Below are positions 1 to 13,291 of a DNA stretch of 64,000 nucleotides, one piece after another (the stretch's first letter is position 1; the number at the start of each line of letters is the position of its first letter). This stretch comes from Vicugna vicugna (lineage: Eukaryota), in contig MU058065.1 in assembly GCA_013265495.1 (NCBI GenBank), positions 7,874,302-7,938,301 of the forward strand, given 5' to 3'. The notes below the pieces were generated by a model, which was not told where the DNA came from, searched no databases, and saw nothing but the letters and a program-made list of their open reading frames with translations. Made by a program: the position numbers and the translations under genes.

Positions 1-439
1 CCCAAGTGAAGGGCAGAAGGATCACATCTGGGCATACCAATAGCCATTGTTTCTTGGGAAACAAATCAATGAATCCATCAAAAAAATCAATCAATCAATC
101 TTCTAACTTGTGAAAAGTAAAATCTGAGCATGATGAAAAGGACTGAGGATGGATGAATAAACTCACATGATTAGGAGTGTTTATTTCTCCCATCAGCAGC
201 AGACAAGTATCTCTGCAATTAATTATCTATGAAGTCCTAGGTCTAACGCGCGAGTGGTTTTCATTGAAAAGACATAAAGAGCTTGAATTTTCCAAGTTGC
301 AGGGACCAGCCACCAAAGTGCCTCAGAATGGAAGCTCTGAAGAAGGGAGTGCTTCTCAACAGGACTGAAAACAGGACCTTGATTTATGACTTACTCTTTC
401 CTTCAGGAACACAGAAGAACAATATCACACGAGGTATAC

Positions 440-602
440 AAAATGCTTTGGAAACATTCACCTGCATAGTATCACCTGGAATCATCTGATGAAATGCAGA
501 TTCTAATTCTGTAGGTTCAGGGTGGCCCCGAGATTCTGCATGTCTAAGGAGCTCCCAGGTGGCTCTGACTCTGATGGTCCAGGGACCACATTATGAGTAG
601 TG
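440..602. mobile_element. MER5A-like hAT-Charlie MITE
   Basis: Contains tcacctggaa..aaatgcagattctaattctgtaggttcagggtgg..gattctgcat..ctcccaggtg..ggtccagggaccaca, typical of MER5. Confidence 0.7.
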
Positions 603-2062
603 AAGAGTTATAGAACACTTGGCTGGAAGGCTCAAACAGCAGGTCCAGCTCAGTTCTGCCCAAACTTCCACAGCAATTCATTGCTCTTCTCTGGGGCTTT
701 CTCTAACATCTATCCCAATTCTTTAAAAAAAAAAAAAATCCTACGATTCTAAAGGATTGGATTAAATAAATGTAGCCCAGAAGCGCCCATCCCTCTGATG
801 ACTTCTCAGGACTAGAAAGCAGTGGCATCATAGAACATGGATAGAGGATTTCTCTGCCCCTCTGAACCATGGGCAGGCCATATCATTTCAGAACATGGGG
901 GTGGTACTTCCTAGGGATATAAAAAGAAAGAAGTGAGAGAAGGGGGGAGAAATCGCTCTGCCAACAGGGATGCCTCTCCCACCACTGCCCCCACTAGAGG
1001 CTAGAAAGAGAATCTCTGGTTTGATGACTCAATCTTTCCCCTTTTCCTTTTCTCTCTGCTCCCCTTGGCTGCAGATCCTGGGTCAGACCACAGCCCACCT
1101 GTGGCTCAAGGTGTGCATTTGGAGGAGAACAGCAGAAACAGATTCCAACTAACTTAAAAGAGGGGGAAATGGAATCTCCTGGAAGGGTGTGGCATTGCTT
1201 AGGGAATAGAAGGAAAAGCTGGACAAGTAGGCTCCGTGATGGGAGCCAGGCAGGAAGCAGGCAGGAACTCAAGGGCGCCCTCCCTGCATTGAAATGGCTC
1301 CAATTGTTTTCCATTCTTACATCACTCCCCTGAAAATTCAGGGTGCCAGAGAGAGAAAATGATGGTCAAGCTTGTGTTACAGGGGTGCAGGGTTGATCCC
1401 AGAAAGAAAATTGAGGAACTGTTACCAAGAAGGGAAGCTGCATGCCAACCAGCCAGGCACAGGGGGCAAGGAATTATGTTCCTGTGATGCAAGCAATTCC
1501 AGGGGACTTGCTCATAGGGTAAAAACTCAGCATCCTGCACACACAACAGACACTTTCTTGAATCCCTAAATGTGTGAACACCCTTATGTCTTGCAGATTT
1601 TCCTGTAAGACTGCCATCTTAGCACAAAGAACTTGCTTAGAACCTATAACATACATTTCACTTTCACTGCCAGAACCATAAGTTGGCTTCATTCTCCACT
1701 CCAATTTTTCCCCATATTGAAAGAATTAACAGCAAATGGGAGAGCAAGGAGAGAGCCAGTCCCAGAGCCACACGCAGGGCTGCTGCTGGGGTGGGGGGTG
1801 GGGTGCATAAGTTCTATTCCCCAGAGTGCACGTTTTATATTCATGGCTCAGAGAAAGTAAACACGTCTAGGATCTCCATGAAAATCAAGAGTACAGTCAT
1901 GTAAATTGTGTGAAGGAAGCCCTGGGCTCAGGGGGGACTCCATCTTCTCCTGTTTGACTCCTAAGAAGAACAATTTCCTTCTTTCCCTCCTTCCACTCCA
2001 GACACCAAAGAAGCAAGGCATGTTCTGGTTGGTTTAGCATAGAAGCTCCCAAGGGTTTGGGT

Positions 2063-2379
2063 CTAGGCTGTCCAGTACAGCAGCCACTGGCCACATGCAG
2101 CTGCTATGCACTTGAGATGTGGGTGGCTCGAACTGAGATATGTTCTCACCATAACACATATACTTGCTTCAAAGACTTAGTATGAAACAAAAAAAGACAT
2201 CTCATTAATAATTTTTCACATTGACTGTATATTGAAATAATATTTTAGTCATGCTAGATTAAGTAAAAACACTAAAATTGATTTTACATGTTTCTTTTTT
2301 TTTTCTTTAGCTTTTTAAAATGTGGCTATGAGAAAATTGAAAACCATAAATGTGACTTATGTTATATTTCTGTTGGACA
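2063..2379 (-). mobile_element. MER33 hAT-Charlie MITE, near full length
   Basis: Termini ctgtccagta.. / ..tgttggacag; internal gccacatg..cacttgagatgtgg, aagacttagtatga and catctcattaataa match MER33. Confidence 0.8.
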
Positions 2380-2929
2380 GAGATGGCCAAAGGTCCTCTG
2401 GATTTGCACAGCTCAGTAGCTCCTCATGCCCTACGCTTCCTGCTCTCTTCCTTTACAGCAGCGCCTACCAAGCCAGGCCCTGTGTTCAGCCAGCACCGCA
2501 GAGAGATGAATAAAGCCCACCACCTAGCCTCAGCTTTCCAACCCTCAACCACACGCTGATACACATGTGCCTACTGTCTTAACTGGATCCTTTAAGTCCA
2601 GAGGTTTGGGAGGTGGTTGCCGTGCTCTGTTGTGTTATTCTTGTTTTTCTCCTGGTCTTTATGGACCTTGATGTGCATAAATCATTGCTTCCCTGGATGT
2701 CTGGGGCCAGAACTGCCCACCAGTCTATAGCTGTGTATCTTCTTCTACCCAGACAATTTTGGCTCCTACTGAATGGGCTCAAAGCTGGTTGGCTTATAAA
2801 CGTATAATATACAAATTAAAAATGCTTGTTCTGTTTGTCATATCAAGAAGATCTATATGTCACACACAGGAGGGGGGATAATTTGATATCTGATTATCAC
2901 CGTGATCTACTCACATCTCTACCTGCTAA

Positions 2930-2931
<2 letters not shown>

Positions 2932-2967
<36 letters not shown>
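2932..2967. repeat. (CA)18 microsatellite
   Basis: Uninterrupted CA run seen directly. Confidence 0.97.
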
Positions 2968-2969
<2 letters not shown>

Positions 2970-3054
2970 CAAAAAGGAGAGAAGAATTCAAAGCGGTGGT
3001 ACTCAGCTTTAACTTCTAACTATGTTGTTTTAGAAATGTTACATCTAGGAATAG

Positions 3055-3365
3055 TTATAGTAATAGCACTTACACCAAATGGTCTCCTAAGAGCTTCATA
3101 CATATTAACTTCTTTCACCCTCAGCACGACCCCATAAAGTAGATACAATATGACCTCTGTTTTAGAGGTGAGTGAGACCAAGCGATTTGTCCAAGGCCAC
3201 ACGGCTGGTGAGCAGCAGAGCTGGGATTCGAACCAGGCTGTCTGTTCCATGTCTGTGTGTGTAACCACTAGGCTGTGGCCTTTTACAGGTGGAGGAATTG
3301 AGGCCTAGAGACTGGAAAGGACACGCTTAAGATGGCAGTTAGTGGTAGAGGCTGGACTAGGACCC
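3055..3365 (-). mobile_element. MIR SINE(s)
   Basis: MIR core gatttgtccaaggccacacggctggtgag..gagctgggattcgaacc; second core fragment ttttacaggtggaggaattgaggc. Confidence 0.75.
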
Positions 3366-3589
3366 TGTCCTCCAATGTGCCCCACAATGCCCCAGTCTCC
3401 CCAAAACCAGACCATCCCAGTGTCCAAAGTGAAGGGGAATTTTGATATAAGCACATTAGGATGCTTGGGGAATGAGAGACAGGAAGGAGCAGAAGCCAAC
3501 AATATTTCTCTTCTCAACCTAGTAAAGGCAGGGCCAATTGATTCAAACCCCACGCAATGAATTATAACAGAAAAACCAAAGCCTTTGGC

Positions 3590-3800
3590 AACAGCCAGTT
3601 CTAGACTCAAATCTTGCCACAACCACCGGAAAATAACATGATCTTGGCAAGTTTCCCAGCTTTTCTGAATCTTTGTCACTTATACATGGCTGGGTTAAAA
3701 ACACCTTCTTCAAGGACCACCACGAGGATCTGCATAAGATCTGAATGCCAAACAGCTCGCACCACACCTGGTGCAAGTACGTCGCAAGTGCTTTATAAAT
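3590..3800 (+). mobile_element. MIR SINE
   Basis: tcaaatcttgccac..atgatcttggcaagttt..ttttctgaatc..cacctggtgcaagtacgt. Confidence 0.55.
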
Positions 3801-5089
3801 ATTAGTTCCTCTCCAGAACAGCCCTGCACCCACCCGCCTTAACTTCACCTGGGACCAAACAGGGACCCCTGAAACTCCTGCAAAAGGGTCTGCACTGGAG
3901 TGAAACAAAACTGTAGGTCTAGAGGGGTGGCCCCGAAGACTGGGGAGCAGAAAGCTTCACACTAGTTGCAACACAGTGAGCGAGGCAGAGTGACCACCAC
4001 AAGATGCGCCCCACGGCCTCAGTCTGTGTTGCTAGAAAGAAAGAGGAGAATTGTGAGCTCCAGCCTGAGTCACAGAAGCCCTTTGTGTCTCCCAGGAGAG
4101 GGCAGGATGGGGCCTTGGGCTGGGGGGACAGTGGTGGGTGGGGTGACCTGGCAGCCTGGATTTCATCTAAGAAAGGCTGGCCTGGTGCCCAGCCTGGGTG
4201 TTGCAAGGGCCAGTGGAGGTGTCCTGTGATGGGGGACAGGTGTGGACAAAGAGCAGAGACTTGGGAAAAGAGAGATGTCTCTTTCCTATTTCTGTTAGCT
4301 CAGAGTTTAACTAAAATTCATATTTAAAGCCATTTGGGCTTAAAGAGGTTCCACTTTCCATGCCTTGGGTTCCTAACTAAAAGACTCAAAATGTCAAAGG
4401 CCCCTCAGAGATCCCTCCTGGGGCCATCTTCTCCATGTCCCTGCCCACAGCACAGACAGCCCTCACCCCTGCTGAACAGGTGGGAAACAAATGGGAGAGA
4501 CCCCCCAAGGCCCCCAGAGATGAGGGAGCTCCTTCTTTTTCTGGGTCAGTTTGACTTTCCCTGGTTTCAACTGCAAGGAAGTTAGGCCAGAGACCCAGAG
4601 GAGGCTCCTCTCTGGGAAGAGACCTCTTTTGTTTCTATCACCTCTCTAACATTCCTCCCATATTTTAACACATGCTTCCAAGAGTCTTTCCTAATCCACC
4701 AGCCAGAAATGAATGGGCTTTTTCACTGAGTTTCCATCTCAGTGTGTTTGCCCTTCTAGAAGTCCTCCCTGGATGCAACAATTTTATAACTACTTGGGTA
4801 TGGTCTCATGGCTCTAACGGAACATAATTTCCCTGAAGACAGAACCATTGTCAGTTCTGTCTCACCCACGTTGCTCATTATAGGGCCTCTCAGGTTGAGA
4901 CAATATTCTCCCCACTAACTCACTGGGGGATTATTGAATGTATATCAAGAGTTCTTAATTTTACTCAGTTCCTAATACCTAAGCCCTAAATGTACTGATT
5001 TGGTCAAAAAGGCTAAAGGAGGTCTCCATGAACCCGAACTGGTACTCCAGGCTGGGACACTCCCATGAGAGCAGGCAGCAGGATGTTTG

Positions 5090-5168
5090 TACTCCTTTGT
5101 ATGTCCAGCCCCTAGTACGGTGCCTGGCACATAATAGTTGCTCAACAAGCACGTATTGAATGGATGGC
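5090..5168 (+). mobile_element. L2 3' end fragment
   Basis: cctagtacggtgcctggcacataatagttgctcaacaa..ttgaatggatg, the canonical L2 tail. Confidence 0.7.
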
Positions 5169-6519
5169 AGTTGGATGTAGGTGATGCTGCTGGCATGTGA
5201 CCACATATGTCTCCACCAGGAGGAGGAAGATAAATAATATTTCAGACAGAAGGGACTTCAGAGTTCTAGACCGATCTCATGTTTAAATAAGAAAATGAGG
5301 GCCAAGTCCAAGTCTGCATGGTGGAGTAGAAAAGGGCACTGAACAGGAGTTCGAAAAACCTGGACTTGCCAGTTCTGACCAAACTCAGGAAAAAGAACTG
5401 TTAATAAGGGACTGTGTTAGAGCAGCTGTTTTTACCACTTTTCCCCACCACTGGCTAGGTCAGGTCCACTCCATGACTGCAACACACATGCATGCTCTTT
5501 AGCATCACTATTCACATTCATGATTCTCTTCTTGTGTAATCTTTTGACAGCAAGTTTCATAAAGCTGGAGGTCATGGTTTGGGTTTGTTTATTTCTTTCT
5601 CGCCAAACATCGTATTCCCCACGTTCACCTGAATTACCCAGTAAGTGTTTGTTAAATACAAGTATTTATTAATAATACTTTCTCAATCACATGCTAAATT
5701 TTGCTCTTATTGCAAATGCAGCCACCTTGCAACTGTAAAGTTGTATCTGAGAAAGCTTCCGGTTGACCAGACCGGAAGAGAGTTGAATTCTGGGGAGCTG
5801 GTGAGGCCCAGAAAGATGCATGTCTGTTAGCACAAAATAAGGAGATTCTGCCTTAGGAAAGGATGGAGTTGTGGGGAAGCGTGTCTTTCAAAACTTGGAC
5901 TCACGCTAATCTGACCAGAGAGCATACTGAAGGGCTCCAAGGTGTAGGTTGGGGGACGACAGGAATGGAGAAGATTCTACTGGTGGAACTGAGAGAGTGA
6001 GCAACCAGCCTCAGTGGCCAAGTGGCAGCAGGGAGAAAAGCTTGGATCCACATTTGGGAAGGTTCATAACTATATCACCACTGGAAAGAACTCAGCAACC
6101 TCCAGGCTCAGGACTGACAGAGGTGGCAGAGCTAGCCAAAGGGTGAAACATAAACCTGACATTTCATTCTGATCGGTATTAATCTGTACCAAGTTATGTG
6201 CCTATAAGTCACCCTCCAGTATATAGCATACTGAGATTTGACTCTAATCAGAAAACGGAGGGCAGTATCATGAGGTTAACGCATCATAAAGGGAGACTTT
6301 AGATTTAGAATATGAGTGAGGAGCCAGGTCCTGGTTCTAAGGTCTAGTCTGAGGAAGAAAATCGTGACAAACTAAACAATGTCATGTGGGCACACATTCA
6401 CTGTGAGAAGAGCCAAGGGCTGTGTCTGAGCTGGCCATGCAGAAACTCGGGTCCTAAGATTTTTGAAACCTTGAAGGGTAGAAGCTGAAACCAAAAATAA
6501 ACAAAAGCTTAAAAGCTGA

Positions 6520-7160
6520 TCTATTAAAAATGCAAATGGGCAAATTCTTGGACCCAGAAATTTCCACTCTGGGCATCTATTCTAGAGAAATCTTTACATC
6601 TCTACACAAGAAGCGTTCCAAAACAGTCACAGCAATTAGCAAGTTAACAAGACTCACATACAGTGACTGGACTCATAAAAGTGGGCCTGCTGCGAAAACT
6701 AATGTGGGTCTCTCCTCTTATAGTACACCCACGGGGACCAGACAAGTAAAGCAAATTACATCTATACCATGATAAAGTCCATAACAGTTAAGAAGTGAAT
6801 ACACATGCATATGTGCATAGATCCACAAGTACATATATGCACTGATATGGAGAGATCAGAAAAAAAAGGAAGTAGCAAGACAATACATACAGTATGATAC
6901 CCCCTCTTCCCCAGGGAAGAGGATAGAATTTTATATGTGAAAATAAGGTATGTGTATATGAACATTTATATATACATGGAGACAAATACACATATATGTA
7001 CCCACACACAGACATAATTTTATACATTTTTAAAATACTTGCACCGAGCTGTTGACAGTGATCATCTCTGGGGAGAAGAATAAAATTAAGTGGTGAACAA
7101 AGAAGACTTTTGATTTATCTATATTGTTTGAATTTTATTACATTACTTCTGTAATTAACT
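6520..7160 (+). mobile_element. Old L1 (L1ME-like) 3' fragment
   Basis: ttggacccagaaatttccactctgggcatctattctagagaaat, followed by L1ME-type 3'UTR motifs (ctgttgacagtgatcatctctgggg; ttacttctgtaatt). Confidence 0.6.
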
Positions 7161-7876
7161 TTTTTTTTTAATTTCTTCAAGCTGCAAGCAATTTCTATCT
7201 GGCACGAAATGGAAACATCAACAGTCCTTTAGTATAGAGAGTCTCTTTGTTCTGAGGAAATTGCCCGAATAAGAGTTTTAATGATATAAATGGAAAGTAA
7301 AGACTGGCTTCTGATCTTGAGATGTGGTTGCCAGGAGGAAAAGGGTTTGGGTTTTTTTTTTTTTTTTTCATGTAAGGGTAGTATTTCCTGTGTTAACATG
7401 TCTCCATGTTAGAGCAGAGATGATTGGACTAGGAGATTTTTGAGAACGTGTGGCCTCACTGACAAAGGAATGAGGACCCAGAGGAATGGTGAGGCTTTTA
7501 TGTCTCACCCAGCAGCAGCATACTCTGGGTTTGAGCTCCTCTGGTTAGAAGTCTAAGGGCAAGAGGCTTGGAATATTTTTATAAGATCTTTCCTGAGACT
7601 CTGGTTGCAAGCTGTGCTCTTTCTGTGCTCAGGTGACCAAATGAAGCCCTGACCCATGAGATGGCCTTCCTCTCTGCCCTGCGTGGAAGCATTCTTGGAC
7701 TGAAGATGCGTGACTATTAAGAATGGTGTCTTTTTTCCATCGTAATTTTCGATAAGTTAATACTCCTATGCAATAAAGCTCTAGACTTTCACATACTTAT
7801 TATGCATCCAGCTACCTTACTGACCTCTAATTAGTCCTCATAGATTCATTCCCTCAGTTGTTTTAGGCATTCCATC

Positions 7877-8273
7877 TGTTATGGGTTGAATTGTGCCCCT
7901 ACTGGCAATTCATATGTTGAAGCCCTAACCTCCAGTACCTCAGAATATGACTGTATTTGGAGATAGGGCCTTTAAAGACATAATTAAGCAAAAATGAGGA
8001 CTTTAGGGTGGGCCTTAATCCAATCTGACTGGTGAACTTTTAAGAAGAGGGAATTTGGACACACAGGATGTGCACGCACATGTCATGTCAAGAGGCAGCA
8101 AGAGGGTGGCCATCTGCAAACCAAAAAGAGAAGCCTCCAAAGAAACCAACCAAGCCAGCTGACATCTTAATTTTGGACTTCTAGCCTCTAGAACTGTGAG
8201 AAAATAATTTTCATGTTGTTCAAGCTACACAATCTGCGGCATTTTGCAATGTCAGCCTTAGTAAACGAATGCA
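7877..8273 (+). mobile_element. MaLR solo LTR (MLT1A/B-like)
   Basis: TG...CA ends; tgttatgggttgaattgtg..gaagccctaacctccagtacctcagaatatgactgtatttggagatagggcc..gaactgtgagaaaataa; 5-bp TSD ccatc/tcatc. Confidence 0.88.
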
Positions 8274-8931
8274 TCATCACACAGTCAGAAAATTATAAGA
8301 ATCTGGCTGTTCTTCCCCCATAGATCCACCACATATTTTGGTTTCCTGCCTTATCACATTGGCTACCTATGTACCTTCTTTCAAAGTTTAAGGTGTGCCA
8401 GGAGAAGAGATCCACATTCTACTTTCTAATAAGCCCATTTTATTAGTTAAGTCACCCTATTTAAAAAAGCATCTTTTTGACTTTGAATATTATTATATTT
8501 CATTCAATTAATCCTGTAAAATTGGCACTCTTACCCTGCTGATTAGATGAGCAGATTGAGGCTCCATGCATGTAAGTGACTTGTCTGGGGTTAAAAGTTA
8601 TAATCAGACTCAAGTTTTCAGATTCTAAATCAAATTCCTTGTTTTTCCTATCATATCCACAATTGACTAATAGTGAAGAAAGAACATTTTTTATAAGGTG
8701 AAAGTAAGTGAGACTTTCAAAACTATTACCATGATTTCTCCTTTCTGGGGCTTAAAGTATCCTTTCTGCCTCTAGCTCTTATCTCCCCTTCATTGAGAAG
8801 AAGGATGTTTTCTCCAATTCAAAAAAATAAATAGCTATCTAAAAGAACACCTGTCTCCTCAATTTCTGCCTTTCCAGAACTTTCTGTCAGATAGCTGAAA
8901 GAAGCAGTAAATAATGGTGAAAAGTGCTCAT

Positions 8932-9491
8932 TATGGTAGGTAGCTTCTAAGTTGGCTCCTAAGGATCCCTGCCTCTGATATTCAGGTGTGGGGACCATAT
9001 ATATAGGGACTCACTTCAATAACTGGGTACAGCAAGAGTGTTGATGTCACTTCCAAGATTAGGTTAGAAAGAGACTGGCTGCTGACTTGCTCATCCTCTC
9101 TTGCTCTCTCACTCGTTCACACTGATGAAAGACAGCAGATTTGTTGTGTGTTGCCATTCAGAGAACGATACATGACAAGGAACCTGGGGAGGCCTCTGGC
9201 CAATACTTGGTGGAGGACTGAAGTTCTTGGTCCAAAGCATGTGAGGAACAGCATCCTGACAAGTGAGCTTGTTCAGTGAGCTTGGAAGCAGGTCCTCCCA
9301 ACTGAGCCTTGAGATGAGAATGCAACCTTCCTCACACCCTGATTGAAGCATCATGAGAGACTCTGGGCCAGAGGACTTAGTTAACACACATCCATTTCCT
9401 TGACCCATAGTAACTATGAAATAATGTGTTCCTGATTTTAAGCCACTAAATTTGTGGGTAATTTCTTACACAGCAATAGCTAACTAGTACA
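8932..9491 (+). mobile_element. MaLR solo LTR (MLT1E/F-like)
   Basis: gatgtcacttccaagattagg, gagcttggaagcagg, gagccttgagatgaga, and the end agccactaaatttg..acagcaatagctaactagtaca. Confidence 0.8.
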
Positions 9492-10869
9492 TGCAGTCTG
9501 GAAGTAAATAGGCCCTAGTCTCAGCTTTGTAAGCAGCTTACAGGGAACCCTTAGGCAAGTATTCTTCTCTCTGGGAAACAATCAACGTCCTCTCCCATGA
9601 AATGAGGAATGTGGGAAAGAAGATCTCTATAAATCCTTTCCAGCTTTCCAAACTTATCAGTCTATGACTACTCCTGGTGCAATCTCCCAAACATTTCCCT
9701 GTGCCCCCATCACCATCCTACACCCCTGTCATTCCCCACCTTCTTCCAGGCCCCCAGCTCTGCCTTAGGGCTCTGTCTTTCCTGCTCTTTTCAATCCTGC
9801 TGTGAAAGAGAAAAGGCATTACTGGGGCAAAGAGGCTCAGTCCCTGTAGTGAAGCCAAGTCTTTTACTGGAATTCCAGGAGCTGAAGGCAAGAGGGGACA
9901 ATGCCACTACACACTGTGGACTGCTGTCACTTTTTAGACTCTTACTGACTGCTGCTCATTGCCATGCCTCAGCCCTCAGTTCCTTCTCCAGCTTTTATGA
10001 GACCCCCACCACATATGCTTCATGTTCTTCTGAAAGGAGATCCAAGAGACCCTAAAAGTCTGTCACCTGACTTTGGAAAACACCTGGGCTCAGAGTCAGT
10101 TCAGCGCAGTGAATGCAGCAAATGGCATCTCAGGGGACCTGGCCCTTCCACCTAGAGTGTTGACACAGTGCTTTCTCCAGCACATCTGGTTTGGTTCCAG
10201 GGGAAGCAATTCACAGGACTTAGGAGGAAGCAAAGAGGTCCTCTGGAGGGAGAGGCTGATTGGGAAGTTCACACTCTGGAGTTCAAATTTCTATAATGCT
10301 GCTGGATTGTCTGTGTGATGTAGAACAGGATGTGACTCAAAGCCTTAGTTTATCTTCCTAAAAAACAGAAAGAAATCCCTGAGAGATTTCTACCACTCCT
10401 GACATGTCTGTTGTCTTTACTGTAGTCCTTCCTCCTGCCCATACACTACAAGCCTCTCTTTACAACCTCTTCTTCAAACCTCCCCCCAAGACCAAGAGGG
10501 CTCTCCATCTCCAAGGGAAAGTATGAGGGAGCAAGAGTCTGCCTGCTGAAAGACAGCAAGCCTGAAAAGGAAAGCTGCTAGTGCAATTCAAATGCACAGT
10601 CTCCCCCTCTGCTGCCTTCTGTTCTGCTCTTTAGCAGCACTTGCCCATGCAATCCAATATAATAACCAACAGGCTCTGGCAACTATGGTGGTGGCATTTG
10701 TGCTCCCTAGAAGAGGAAAATGAGATACAGGAAAGAAAGAATTAACTTTTTTAGATGTATTTTAATTCTCTTTCTACTCCACCCGAATCCAGCAAAAAAA
10801 ATCAAAGAGGCTAAGTGATTCATTCATGTTCAGAAGAGTGCATGCCAGAGGAGGTGATGCAGCTACCTG

Positions 10870-11360
10870 CTGTCTCTTTTGACTGCATGTAAAGAAACTC
10901 TGACTCAAATAGCTTAACTCTCAGGAGTAATTTATTGGCTCGTTTCGTTTAAAAGATGAAAGGTATACTGGCTTCAATAATTTCATTTAGAACTTATGCT
11001 CTTCCTATCTCTCTATCCTAACTTCAACTTCATCTTAACACTCATTACCCTATTATTGGGTGGCTTCTGGCAGCCCCCAAGGTCATGAACTTCCTTATTC
11101 ACATCCAGAAGGAATGCAGGAATGTCTTTGTCCCAGCGCTGACAACAGAAGTCCTGATACTCAGTCAGACTCGTCTAGCTTGAGCCACTTGCCACTCCAC
11201 AAGTGATCGTTATTGGCAGAAGCTGGGAAACCCTAGTTGACTAAATTCCCACTAAGCCAACAGCAAAGGTAGCTCCCACTGAATCACTTGAATTCCTAAA
11301 TGAAATTGGAGGCCTTTGGGAAAAAGGAAGGGAAAATGGAAGCTGGAAGATAACCAACTT
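10870..11360 (-). mobile_element. Old MaLR LTR (MLT1J/K-like)
   Basis: gactgcatgtaaagaaactctgactcaaatagcttaa..aatttattggctc is the reverse of an MLT1J/K 3' end. Confidence 0.5.
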
Positions 11361-11429
11361 ATATCTCCTGTAGATATAAAGTGGTTCTTCATGTGAAGAA
11401 CCCTAGAATTTGTCCTCTTGTTTGTTTGC

Positions 11430-12470
11430 TTAAAAGGCCTTATTTTTATAGAAGCTTTAGGTTCACAGCAAAACTAAGAAAGTACAGAGATTTCCTATAT
11501 AACCTCTGCCCCCACATGCATCTTCATTATCAACATCCTCCACCAGAGTGGTACATTTGTTATGATTGATGAACTTACATTGACACGTAGTAATCACCCA
11601 AAGTCCATGGTTTACATTACCATGCACTCTTGGTGTTGTGCATTTTATGGCTTTAGACAAATGTATCATACAGAGTATTTTCACTGCACTTAAGGTCCTC
11701 TGTTCTTTGCCTATTCATCCATTTCCCAACCCCTCAACCCCTGGCAACCACTAATCTTTTTATTTTCTCCATAATTTTGCCTTTTCCAGAATGTCGTATA
11801 ATTGGAGACATATAGTGTGTAGGCTTTTCAGATTGGCTTCTTGCTCTTAGTAATATACATTTAAAATTCCTCCACTCTTTTTCATGGCTTCATAGCTCAT
11901 TTCTTTTTGGTGCTGAATAATATTTCACTGCCTGGATGTACCACAGTCTATTTACCCACCTACCTACTGAAGGATATCTTGGTTGCTTTCAAGTTTTGCC
12001 ATTATGAATAAATCTGTAGCAAACTTCCATGTGCAAGTTTTCATGTGGAAGTAAGTTTTCAGTTTCTTTGGGTAAATACTAAGCAGCATAGCTGCTGCAT
12101 CGTATGGTGAGAGTGTGTTTAGTTTTGTAAGAAACTAACAAAGTGTCTTCCAAAGTCTCCATACTATTTTGCATTCTTACCAGCAACGAATGAGAGTTCC
12201 TGTTGCTCCACATCCTCCCCAGCATTTGGTGTTGTCAGTGTTTTTGATTTGGGCCATTCTAATTGGTGTGGATTTGTATCTCACTGTTGTTTTATTTTGC
12301 GTTTCCCTTATAACATATAATGTGGAGTATTTTTTCATATACTTATTTGCTATCTGCATATCTTCTTTGACAGGGTGTCTGTTAAGGTCTTTGGCTGACT
12401 TTTTAATCAGATTGTCTCCTTATTGTTGAGCTTTAAGCGTTCTTTTCATTTTGGGATAATAGCCCTTTTA
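11430..12470 (-). mobile_element. L1MC1-like LINE-1, 3'UTR plus end of ORF2
   Basis: ttaggttcacagcaaaa..cagagtggtacatttgtta..atcacccaaagtccatggtttacatt is L1MC 3'UTR. The minus-strand ORF 12177-12359 (KKYSTLYVIRETQNKTTVRYKSTPIRMAQIKNTDNTKCW) is the L1 ORF2 C-terminal region. Confidence 0.88.
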
Positions 12471-12552
12471 TGTAAGAAAATGTTAAGAAAACCAGAAGAC
12501 AAGCTGTAGACTAAGAGAAAATTTTGCAAAAGACACATCTGATACAAGGACT
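12471..12552 (+). mobile_element. Inverted 5' segment of the same L1 (ORF2 fragment)
   Basis: gaagacaagctgtagactaagagaaaattttgcaaaagacacatctgatacaaggact is L1 ORF2 sequence that normally lies just upstream of the point where the minus-strand copy stops. Confidence 0.7.
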
Positions 12553-12928
12553 AAGCATTTTAAGTCCCAAGGGCTTAGTAGCCTCACTACCCACCCTTCT
12601 TAAGATTTTGGATGATGGCAGAAAACCGTGTCTCACCCAGGATAGTGTGCCCATACACACATGCAGACACTTAGCCTCTATGGAATCCAATTCCTCATCT
12701 ATAAAATTAAAAGTTAGAGCAGATAATCTCTAAGCGCTAGCCCACTTCCAAGATTCCGTGACTCTGTATGCATCAGATGCACTAATAGGCTTTCTTAATC
12801 CATGTATAGATTTGTGCTGATTAGTCATTACTGCAGACCCATCTGTGCTCTTCTTGGCCTAGGGAGTACTCCTAGAACGCTATACTCAGACACCCTTGTT
12901 AACTGGCTCTGGTTGGGTTTGGCCAGAT

Positions 12929-13291
12929 GGAGTCTTTACAGATATAATTAAGGGTCTCAGAATGAAATCATCTTAGATCTAGTGTACACTCTAAAGCCAG
13001 TGATGGTTTACTTATAATTGAGCCACAGAGATAAGGTGGTCATGTGAAGATGAGGCAGAGACTGGAGTGATGCTTCTACAAGCCAAGGAACACCAAGGAT
13101 TGCCTGCAACCGCCAGAGGCTAGGAGAGAGCCATAGAACAGATCCCCCTCAGTGCCTTCAAAAGGAACTCATGCTGCTGATATCTTGCTTTCAGACTATT
13201 GGCCTAGAGAATTGTAAGAGAATAAATTCCTGTTGTCTAAAACCACCAAGTTTGTGGTAATTTGTATGGCATCCTTAGGAAACTACTAACA
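12929..13291 (+). mobile_element. MaLR LTR (MLT1C/D-like), 5' truncated
   Basis: gtgaagatgaggcagagactggagtgatgc..caagccaaggaacaccaaggattgcc..gagaataaattcctgttgtc..aagtttgtggtaatttgt. Confidence 0.82.
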
